NCBI GenBank assembly: GCA_050124975.1
Contig: JASFEF010000004.1
Span: 1-55,061, forward strand
Reading direction: 5' to 3'
DNA: 55,061 nucleotides
Origin: Candidatus Thorarchaeota archaeon
Lineage (GTDB): Archaea; Asgardarchaeota; Thorarchaeia; Thorarchaeales; Thorarchaeaceae
The position numbers were made by a program, and so were the translations under genes. Below are positions 47,010-55,061 of this stretch, piece by piece; position 1 is the stretch's first letter, and each line of letters starts with the position of its first letter. Below the pieces are notes generated by a model that was given only the letters and a program-made list of their open reading frames with translations, had not been told where the DNA came from and searched no databases.

Positions 47010-47834
47010 CTAATTAGCCAATCCCTTGAATGCTTTTGCGACCATCTCTCTCTGGGATTCCATGTCCCCGACGATGTTTATACGGTCTATGTTGATTTCA
47101 CCAAGACCTCTCTTTCTAGCCTCTTGTAGGACGGGCATTTTTGTAGGTTCAAAACCCACTAGATAGCCTCCAACAGCCTCGACTGCAAAAGCATCCCTTC
47201 CCACAATGAGAAGATTTGGTTGGACCGTGACTCTCTTCTTACCAAAACCTAGGTAGCAGTTGGTCGCATCCAACACTGCTAGGTCAATTCCACCGATGGC
47301 CTCATAGATGTCCAAGAGAACAGTGGTCAGTTGTTTGTGGAATCTGTGCTTCTTCACATCAGGAATCATACCAAGTAGATTCTTGATGACAAACCCGAGG
47401 TTCATGAGGTCTTCGAGACCAGCGTCCTCGTACCTTCTAGGGACATGTGTACTGATGAAGGTGTTTGGTTGTGAGAAGACCTTAGGAAGTGGAACAATCT
47501 CACCAGCAATCTCTACATCTATTGTATCCTTGTCATCCGAGAGATTGAATGGGACTACTCTATCATTGTAGCAGTCATTCCATATCTCTAATCGTTTTAG
47601 TCCTGGCCCAGCTCCACTATCAGACTCTGTTACTCGGATCTCTGGTGTCCTATCGAAAGAATCGATGACTGATTGCAGAGTCTTCACTGTGGTGCATATC
47701 CCTGTTTCAGGATTATAGATTCCAACCTTGATGATAGTCTTCTTCTCGGAGGTGTTAAGGTCATCCATGCCCTCAATGTGATCAAGTGCATGGAAGAAGG
47801 AATTGCTGTCAACCACGACGACAGTTGGTTTCAT
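47010..47834 (-). CDS. DUF362 family protein
   Basis: VTESDS, FVIKNLLG.IP..K...H, DLAVLDA, VGRDAFAVEAV, A..RGLG. Likely start ATG 47834 (MKPTV). Confidence 0.75.
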   Translation of the reverse strand: MKPTVVVVDSNSFFHALDHIEGMDDLNTSEKKTIIKVGIYNPETGICTTVKTLQSVIDSFDRTPEIRVTESDSGAGPGLKRLEIWNDCYNDRVVPFNLSDDKDTIDVEIAGEIVPLPKVFSQPNTFISTHVPRRYEDAGLEDLMNLGFVIKNLLGMIPDVKKHRFHKQLTTVLLDIYEAIGGIDLAVLDATNCYLGFGKKRVTVQPNLLIVGRDAFAVEAVGGYLVGFEPTKMPVLQEARKRGLGEINIDRINIVGDMESQREMVAKAFKGLAN

Positions 47835-48061
47835 AGAAATCACCTGGGTGGCAATCAAGGGTATGCCTTTATTAAACAATACAGGATTCAGCAATAGACA
47901 CGTTTTCGAAATTCGCTAATCTGTCCTTTTTTTCGTTAATTTACATGCTACATAGTCTCAAAAATACTCAGATTTCTATTAAAATATGTAACTCCGTATT
48001 TGAGATTCATCTCCATATACGGGTTATGATGATTATCGCTAATCTACTCGACGTGATTGAA

Positions 48062-51000
48062 ATGATGAAAAAACGACCTGCGAGCAGCTATAGACCTTCT
48101 GTTAAACCATTCAGCAAGAATCAGAGAGAGTTGCTCAAAATAGGACTGCCGCTTGCTGTGGTGATTCTGCTATTCATGCCTATGTGTGTGATGGATAACA
48201 CCACTCAACCGTCTACTTATTCAAACATTGTAGTAGATGAGCGATATGAACTTGGGTCAAACCTGATAGGAATCAACTTGCCCTACTATGTCAACTCTGT
48301 GGCGGCAGGGAACACGACTCATGGTCGAGGAGTCGTTTGGATTTACAATGATACACTCCGCTTCAGAGACCCAGTAAATGTGATTGATGCTTCAGTGAAT
48401 ATTGGATTTGGAGACCCATTCCACCAAACACTCATTGGAGCAGATGTGGATTTAGATGGACACACTGAGTTTCTGTTCATGATGTATAATTTCACGAACA
48501 CGAACCTCATGGTAGTTGATTTTGACGGAGGAGGCTCAGCAACAGAGTATAACTATGATCCAATTCCAGACCCAACGGAAATTATCGTTGGTGATTTCAA
48601 TGGGGACAGCTTGATTGATGTGGGTGTCTACAGCCGCATTCGATTGATAACTAAAGATCTAGCTAGTGACACAATGATTGGTGTCTTCCCTCAGATACCA
48701 TTTACTACAGAAGAGATTGTAAGAGCTTGTACAGGAAACTTCTCGATTGTCGTTGGTGATGAGATTGCCGTCATGTATGTCCAAGACCCATGGACATCAA
48801 GTAGCAAGGTTACCGTTGACACCATATTCGGAGATGGTATGTCTATCAATCCATCTCCTATTGAGTCTGCATCTCATGTTCATGGATGGGATATGGTGTC
48901 ATTCGAGTACGGAAGTGACTTTGACAACCTAGCAGTAACAATGGTAGATATGGATCTTGGAGAGAACATTCTGATTGCTATAAACGCCAATCTTACCCCA
49001 AGGTTTGAGTTAAGGGATGCGAAGTATCTAGGAGATTCATACGTGAAGACGGGGAAATTCGACATGGACGGTCAGGAGGACCTTGTTGTTGTCCCCGGTC
49101 AGAGATCCGACGTGATCTTTGTCAACGGAGAAGATGGAAGAATGATGAGAATCTCACAAGAAGAATGTGTGAGTATGTCTCCTCGTGGTTTTGCTACAGA
49201 TTATCTTGACTCGGACAGCCACATGGATGTTATACTAGAGGGTCCAACAGGCCAATTTTCCTTGGTCAGAGGTAGCAGTGGTGAAATAGGCTACGAAGAC
49301 CCGCGACTTCCTGGACCTTTTGAACAGGTCCTCTCATATGACATCAATAACGACGGTAGAAGTGACGCAATCATGCATTATGGACAAATCAAGGTCTTAC
49401 TCAGTGATACAGAACCACCTGATGTGACTCTTGATCCTATCTACCCAATTCATCCAACCATCTACGATCCCTATCTCAAGGTGGAACTAACTGCTACAGA
49501 TGAGATGTATGTCAAAGATGCGAGGGTCTTTATCCGCCCTGCAGACTTCGCAGTAGGTGGCTATCAACAGAATGAAATGACTGAAGCACAAGGTGGCAAG
49601 TTCATCTTCTTTGAAACGGACTTGCAGGCTGGAAACTACGAATATTACGTTGAAGTTGTGGACCCATATCTGAATACTTACTCGTATGGCAATTTCACCA
49701 ACCCTCACATTCTGAAAGTGGAAGGGCACCTTGCATCAGGTGTTCACTATAATGTCACGTTCGACGAAGCCCAAAAACATGTCTTGACTCTCGGCAATGA
49801 TTCTCTTGGAGATAGTCGAATATACAACGTTGTTTCTGATTCGATAGCTAAAACCACAAGCTTGAGAGTCTTCAGCTCAGACTTCACAAAGCTTGGAGAA
49901 TTCACAATTAATGGTTCTGCAACAGATGAGGTGTTTGAGGTATACACAGGTATGTTTGATGGTGACAATGTCCTGGATCCAATACTCATCAGCAACAACT
50001 ATACTCATGTCAAGATTTGGGCATTTAATGGCGACACATTCACATCGTGGAAAAATGCCACTTACAATCTTCATCCCGCAAGATCAGAACATGGAATGGT
50101 TATTGTAGATGATGATGGGGACAATATTGACGAGCTAGCATATGTTGGTGAGAATAGCACAGGCTATTTCCTGATTAGAGCAGATGATAGTTTTGCCACA
50201 TGGACTGATGTGGCTTTGAAGGAATGGGCGGCAATCGTGGATTATGTGTCAATCAATATGTACGGTTCTGATCCTCAGCTCGCAATATTGAGAGGTGATA
50301 ATGCAGTCTATCTGTACCAGCTCAATAATGTGACTCATTTGAAGACACTGAATTATACATCTCCAGGTTCAACAATCTTTGATGACCCATTCAGAATTCA
50401 GGTATACAAGAATTCTACACATTCAAGCGACCAACTACTAGTGGTCTACCGCAGTTGGCTAGTTGATGTGCCAACAAATTATGTGTGTCTAGTGGACGAA
50501 AACACAGTGAATGTTGGTGATTGGCCTAGCTACATGTTTACAGGTCAGCATATCAGAATCACCTTACCCTATGACGTTGATGATGACGGTGTCGATGAAT
50601 TATCATTTCTCGATGCGGGTGGAAATGCATCACTTTATGAACTATCGACCACAGCAGTTCAATCTTGGACAGTGTTTGTAAGTGATGCTATACCCAGAGG
50701 TGGCATTGTACTGGATTTCGATGGAGATGGTGAGAATGAGTTTGCCATTTCAACATCCGACGACCTTCTAACCGCAATTAGTTTCAGCGGCACGATTGAC
50801 TACACAGCCAATCCAGGTATCGCCTTCAACATGGCACCTATTGGGAATGTGGATGTTGGGGCTGGAGAGGACATTGTAGCATTCCCGATATTCAAGTCAC
50901 GAAACACATTAGCAACAATCCGTAATATTGACCTTCTATACAAGCTTGATGTCACTTTTGAGCTTGAAACAAATCTAACACTTCAAGGAAGCAGCATATG

Positions 51001-54000
51001 GGCAAATACAACAGTCCTGAATGTACATAGTGATCCAGTAAGTGATGCATCAGTGTCTCTTGTTGCCTCATATCGATTCGGAGGAGGTACATCTGTGCAG
51101 ACAATGGGCATGGTCTATGATGATTTATCTGACCTTTATACTACTACTGTTGCTCCAAATTGGCCCATGGGACTGGCGAACTTGTCCCTCTCTGTCAATC
51201 ATGACTATTATGACGGTGTAGGAAGGGAATTCGAGAATGCATTGAGAGTTGAGTCTCCACTAAGCATCTCATTGTTCACGGAGTCTGAGGTATTGCAGGG
51301 AAGTGACTTTGACATCAACATCACTATTACAGACAGCTTAGGTGCGAAAGTCACAGATGCAGAGGTCAATGTGACACTTGATGGTGTGGATTATCCTGTA
51401 TCCTATGTAGGAGGGTCATACTACACCTCTGTCACAGGAATCGATCTTGCGCCTGGAAGCTTCACAGTATATGCTTCAGCTGATCATGAGTATGCCACTA
51501 GTGGGGCCAGTCATTCGAAGTCTGTTTCAGTAGTGGTTGACACTCTGATTATCCTAAGAAGCTCTCCATCTCAGGCAGTGCAAGACCAATTCTTCACAAC
51601 ATGGCTAAACATAACCGATCCCTTCGGAAACCCACTTGACGGTGCGACTGTATCGGTGGACTTTGGGGTTACAGAATTCATACTAGTGGAAATCGAACCT
51701 GGAAGATACCTACTAGATAGTTTGGCATCAATGCCAGTTGGTAACTACACAGCAGAGATCATCATCCAACACCCATATGTCGAGAGTATTGAGTTAGATC
51801 CGTACTACATGGCAGTGACCGGAACCCTCGCACCAGCAGTCGGTTATGAGTCCACAGTCGACGGTGGAACGAATTTCACTGTTTCAGTATTTGTGTACGA
51901 CTCGTATGGCGTTACACCAGTAGGAGCTTGGGCTGAAGTTGAGCTTGGTGGAGTCAACTATACTGCCACACACATAGAAGGAGCTGAATTCAGAGTCCAA
52001 TTAAATGCATCATTGAGTATCGGTCAACACAGTTTTGTAGTCTATGTAGGGGCAGACTTCGGAGTACCACGGGCTGATTCACATGACTTGTATGTGTACT
52101 CATGGCCTGATACTTTTGTGGAATCTTCGATGGGATGGATTATTGAACAAGGCAATTGGACGACACTGACTGTCACTGTGAATGATTGGCAGGGGAATCC
52201 AGTTGTTGATGCAACGGTGACTCTTCTGAGTCCTGCTAGTATCTTATTCACACCATATGGCGATGGATCATACTGGGCTGACTTGGACACCCTTGGTTAT
52301 GCACCATACAACTACTCACTGCTTATCTTGATAGAACACACGTATCTGTATCCAGATGATTCCTATCAGATTCTGACTGTCAACGGACAGGCAGTAGTGG
52401 ATGTTTCTGTGCCGGATATGGTGTTCAATCACCAGATGGCGAGGTTCGATTTTGTTGTTGTGGACATTTACGGAAACCCACTGTATGAATACGATTATAG
52501 CTGTGAATATACTGGAACCTTCACTACATCAGGAACACCATACTACTATGAGTTCTCATGGGAGTTCCAGCCTAATCTCTATCCCGGCACATATCCGCTC
52601 AATATAACAATTGACGGACCATTCCTATCTCATAGTGAGTTTATTGTCTGGGTGGATGTCATTGGAAGTCCATCGTCAATCGTACCTTCGCCTCTCAATC
52701 AATCAATATACCTACAAGGCAATGAGATTAACTTTACAATCGTTGTCCAGGACTTGGCAGGCTACTCCATCTCAGGAGCTCAGGTGACTGCAACGATTCA
52801 CGGGAGTACATATACACTTACAGAAGGAGTTGCAGGGGTCTACTCAAGACAGGTCCCGACGGCAGGACTTCCGCTTGGACAGTACAATGTGACTCTCGGA
52901 ATCTTGCATGACTATCTATTGTCACAGTCGCTTTCGCTAGAGCTATTTGTAAAGGGCTATGCCAGTTTCGACCTTTCAATCTCACCAAGCCCTGTGTTAA
53001 ATCAATACAACGTGACTTTCGATTTCACAATTACAGATGCTTATGGAATCCCACTGACCGGATTCAACTACACACTTAGTTTTGCAGGAGTCTATAATAC
53101 GTCAGGAACATCGATGTCCCACAAGATTTCGTGGGAAGTAGACCCTAGTTTCATTCCTGGAAGCTACTGGCTTAACATGACAGTAGAGAGTAATCTAATT
53201 CTAAGATCAACTCACAATGTGACAATAGGCGTGCAGGGAATTGTTGCTGCGCAAATCCTTCAGCCTTCTCCAGGTGAATCGTTCCCGCAAGGAAACAACA
53301 TCAATTTTGTTGTTCGCGTGAGAGACAATGAAACCTCATACATCACTGGTGCGACTGTAGTCCTGTTTCTACATGGAACTACCTACCCACTCATTGAAAC
53401 GAGTGAGGGGATTTATGGAATCAATGTCACCACTGAAAACCTCCCGTTAGGTGAATACAGCGCACAGATAACGGTGTCAGGGGCTTTCATGGAAACTCAG
53501 CAATTAGCAATTGGATTTGACATAAGTGGATATGCTGATGTTAGAATAGATACAGATCCCTCGATCCTACTCAATTATGAGAATGCGACATTTTCAATAT
53601 TCGTCGAAGACCAAAACGGCAACCCAATCAACGAATACAGCTATATACTCGACTTTGGCAGCCAATACAGCGTTTCAGGAAGCTCCGATTACTTCAAGCT
53701 CCAGTGGAAGTTCATTCCAGAACTGGTTCCAGGAGCTTACACTCTCAATGTGACGATTTCAGGTCCTCACATCCCAACCAATTCGACACAGTTTCTGTTT
53801 CAGGTTATGAGCCAGCTGAACGCAACTGTGCTTTCGCCGATTGAGAACTCGACATTTGTGCAAGGTACAGATTCTGTACTCTTCAAGGTCGACCTGTTAG
53901 ATATGCTTGACAATGTCATGGATGGTGGTTCTGTATCTGTCCTCATACATGATTCATTCTTTGTCCTGACAGATCATGGCAATGGAACCTATTCACGAGT

Positions 54001-55061
54001 CGTTTCAACTGCAGGGTGGGCGGCTGGTGTTTACAATTACACTCTGACAATGAATCACCCATATTTAGCACAAGAAGCTACAGTCAGGAGAACGATAGAA
54101 GTACTTGCTGAGTTGGAGTTCCAGGTAGAGTACCTACCAGAAGTACCTCAACAGGGAGAGTTGCTTAACATCACCATTGAGGTGACCGACAAATATGGTA
54201 ATCCTGTGTCAGATCTAAGCATCTCTGTAACGTTCCAGAACCAAACAGTGCAGGCTCTCGAAACAACTCAGAATGGAGAGTACTTCGTGAGCTTTGTTGT
54301 AGCAAGTCAAGGCTATGGAGATGAAAACATTACCATAGCAGCTGAAGGAGTTATGTGCGTACCATTTTCAGCACAGCCATTATCTAAAGTGCCAGTTGTT
54401 GTGGCAGTGCCTCGTCTAGCAATGGATGTTGAAACATTCACTCCGACTTTCCTCATCGCCTTCATCATCAGCTTTGTAGGTCTTGTCATCTACTTCAGAA
54501 TCTCATCTGGAATATCATTCACTAGAGGATCACAAGAACAACTTCTGAGAGGAATACGAAAATTAGATTACTTGTACGGTATTATTGTGGGTCTCGCAGG
54601 TCTTACAATAGTCCATTCATATGTTTCAGCTGGGTCCGGCGATTATGGCATAGCGGTGCTTGAGAGTATCTTGCTATTGGGCATCTCATTAATACTGTAT
54701 GGCATTTGGTTGTACAGAGATGCATCCTCATCGATTCTCCACACACAAAAGATTAGCAGAAGAAGAATGTTCCTTGGACTTTGGCACTTGATATTTGTGC
54801 CAATCGTAATCATACAGATTTTTGATTGGGGGCAGAATATCGAATGGTTGAAGTTCTATGTCTTGGATAACGTCTTTCACCTAGGAGAACTCCGTGTACC
54901 AACAATTATGATGACCATATTTGCGGCATACCTTTCTTCCATCGTGATAGTCGTTGTGAACCTCTATAGAGAGATCAGAAGAGGAATTTCGAGGCTTAAT
55001 GAGATGGCTGTCTTAGGGACACCACCGATAGTCGTCGAACAGGAGTGTGCAGACCTTGTCG
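48062..55061 (+). CDS. Giant (>2330 aa) cell-surface protein: FG-GAP/VCBS propellers, Ig-like repeats, multi-pass TM domain; 3' truncated
   Basis: In-frame translation at start, middle and end (MMKKRP...EQECADLV). The track lists no stop-terminated ORF in this frame. DxDxDG motifs, V.D..G.P...A.V repeats, many N-x-S/T sequons, at least 5 C-terminal TM helices. Confidence 0.88.
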   Translation, partial: MMKKRPASSYRPSVKPFSKNQRELLKIGLPLAVVILLFMPMCVMDNTTQPSTYSNIVVDERYELGSNLIGINLPYYVNSVAAGNTTHGRGVVWIYNDTLRFRDPVNVIDASVNIGFGDPFHQTLIGADVDLDGHTEFLFMMYNFTNTNLMVVDFDGGGSATEYNYDPIPDPTEIIVGDFNGDSLIDVGVYSRIRLITKDLASDTMIGVFPQIPFTTEEIVRACTGNFSIVVGDEIAVMYVQDPWTSSSKVTVDTIFGDGMSINPSPIESASHVHGWDMVSFEYGSDFDNLAVTMVDMDLGENILIAINANLTPRFELRDAKYLGDSYVKTGKFDMDGQEDLVVVPGQRSDVIFVNGEDGRMMRISQEECVSMSPRGFATDYLDSDSHMDVILEGPTGQFSLVRGSSGEIGYEDPRLPGPFEQVLSYDINNDGRSDAIMHYGQIKVLLSDTEPPDVTLDPIYPIHPTIYDPYLKVELTATDEMYVKDARVFIRPADFAVGGYQQNEMTEAQGGKFIFFETDLQAGNYEYYVEVVDPYLNTYSYGNFTNPHILKVEGHLASGVHYNVTFDEAQKHVLTLGNDSLGDSRIYNVVSDSIAKTTSLRVFSSDFTKLGEFTINGSATDEVFEVYTGMFDGDNVLDPILISNNYTHVKIWAFNGDTFTSWKNATYNLHPARSEHGMVIVDDDGDNIDELAYVGENSTGYFLIRADDSFATWTDVALKEWAAIVDYVSINMYGSDPQLAILRGDNAVYLYQLNNVTHLKTLNYTSPGSTIFDDPFRIQVYKNSTHSSDQLLVVYRSWLVDVPTNYVCLVDENTVNVGDWPSYMFTGQHIRITLPYDVDDDGVDELSFLDAGGNASLYELSTTAVQSWTVFVSDAIPRGGIVLDFDGDGENEFAISTSDDLLTAISFSGTIDYTANPGIAFNMAPIGNVDVGAGEDIVAFPIFKSRNTLATIRNIDLLYKLDVTFELETNLTLQGSSIWANTTVLNVHSDPVSDASVSLVASYRFGGGTSVQTMGMVYDDLSDLYTTTVAPNWPMGLANLSLSVNHDYYDGVGREFENALRVESPLSISLFTESEVLQGSDFDINITITDSLGAKVTDAEVNVTLDGVDYPVSYVGGSYYTSVTGIDLAPGSFTVYASADHEYATSGASHSKSVSVVVDTLIILRSSPSQAVQDQFFTTWLNITDPFGNPLDGATVSVDFGVTEFILVEIEPGRYLLDSLASMPVGNYTAEIIIQHPYVESIELDPYYMAVTGTLAPAVGYESTVDGGTNFTVSVFVYDSYGVTPVGAWAEVELGGVNYTATHIEGAEFRVQLNASLSIGQHSFVVYVGADFGVPRADSHDLYVYSWPDTFVESSMGWIIEQGNWTTLTVTVNDWQGNPVVDATVTLLSPASILFTPYGDGSYWADLDTLGYAPYNYSLLILIEHTYLYPDDSYQILTVNGQAVVDVSVPDMVFNHQMARFDFVVVDIYGNPLYEYDYSCEYTGTFTTSGTPYYYEFSWEFQPNLYPGTYPLNITIDGPFLSHSEFIVWVDVIGSPSSIVPSPLNQSIYLQGNEINFTIVVQDLAGYSISGAQVTATIHGSTYTLTEGVAGVYSRQVPTAGLPLGQYNVTLGILHDYLLSQSLSLELFVKGYASFDLSISPSPVLNQYNVTFDFTITDAYGIPLTGFNYTLSFAGVYNTSGTSMSHKISWEVDPSFIPGSYWLNMTVESNLILRSTHNVTIGVQGIVAAQILQPSPGESFPQGNNINFVVRVRDNETSYITGATVVLFLHGTTYPLIETSEGIYGINVTTENLPLGEYSAQITVSGAFMETQQLAIGFDISGYADVRIDTDPSILLNYENATFSIFVEDQNGNPINEYSYILDFGSQYSVSGSSDYFKLQWKFIPELVPGAYTLNVTISGPHIPTNSTQFLFQVMSQLNATVLSPIENSTFVQGTDSVLFKVDLLDMLDNVMDGGSVSVLIHDSFFVLTDHGNGTYSRVVSTAGWAAGVYNYTLTMNHPYLAQEATVRRTIEVLAELEFQVEYLPEVPQQGELLNITIEVTDKYGNPVSDLSISVTFQNQTVQALETTQNGEYFVSFVVASQGYGDENITIAAEGVMCVPFSAQPLSKVPVVVAVPRLAMDVETFTPTFLIAFIISFVGLVIYFRISSGISFTRGSQEQLLRGIRKLDYLYGIIVGLAGLTIVHSYVSAGSGDYGIAVLESILLLGISLILYGIWLYRDASSSILHTQKISRRRMFLGLWHLIFVPIVIIQIFDWGQNIEWLKFYVLDNVFHLGELRVPTIMMTIFAAYLSSIVIVVVNLYREIRRGISRLNEMAVLGTPPIVVEQECADLV

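Noticed and set aside
1-55061. CRISPR arrays, IS elements, integrases, rRNA, and the many short overlapping ORFs in the track
   Set aside because: No regularly spaced repeats, transposase/integrase motifs or rRNA-like sequence seen. The short ORFs are antisense or alternate-frame shadows of well-supported genes.

Overview
55 kb archaeal chromosomal window. Gene content (group II chaperonin, archaeal HMG-CoA synthase/thiolase/DUF35 triad, DUF359-type dephospho-CoA kinase, TATA promoters, Smc5/6-like SMC, giant glycosylated surface protein) suggests an Asgard archaeon, probably Thorarchaeia; this is inference, not a database result. Most of the window is central metabolism: korAB-fumC-frdAB-like genes, thermosome, trxB, mevalonate entry, CoA synthesis, NAD(P)HX repair, and a NuoEFG/HydABC-like plus NfnAB redox operon. 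The right third is the most unusual part. (i) An Smc5/6-type SMC lies between a catalytically degenerate AAA+ gene and a kleisin, with a KITE-like gene and a Zn-ribbon/wHTH gene 1.7 kb downstream. (ii) Two unannotated, mutually homologous 32-33 aa cationic peptide ORFs sit in that gap and head an operon with an MFS exporter. (iii) A ~104 nt structured candidate ncRNA has its own TATA box and T-tract. (iv) A >2300 aa ORF missed by the ORF track carries two FG-GAP propellers, ~12 Ig-like repeats and a multi-pass membrane domain. A second missed, truncated ORF lies at the left edge. I saw no CRISPR array, rRNA, tRNA or transposase. All calls come from reading motifs by eye.
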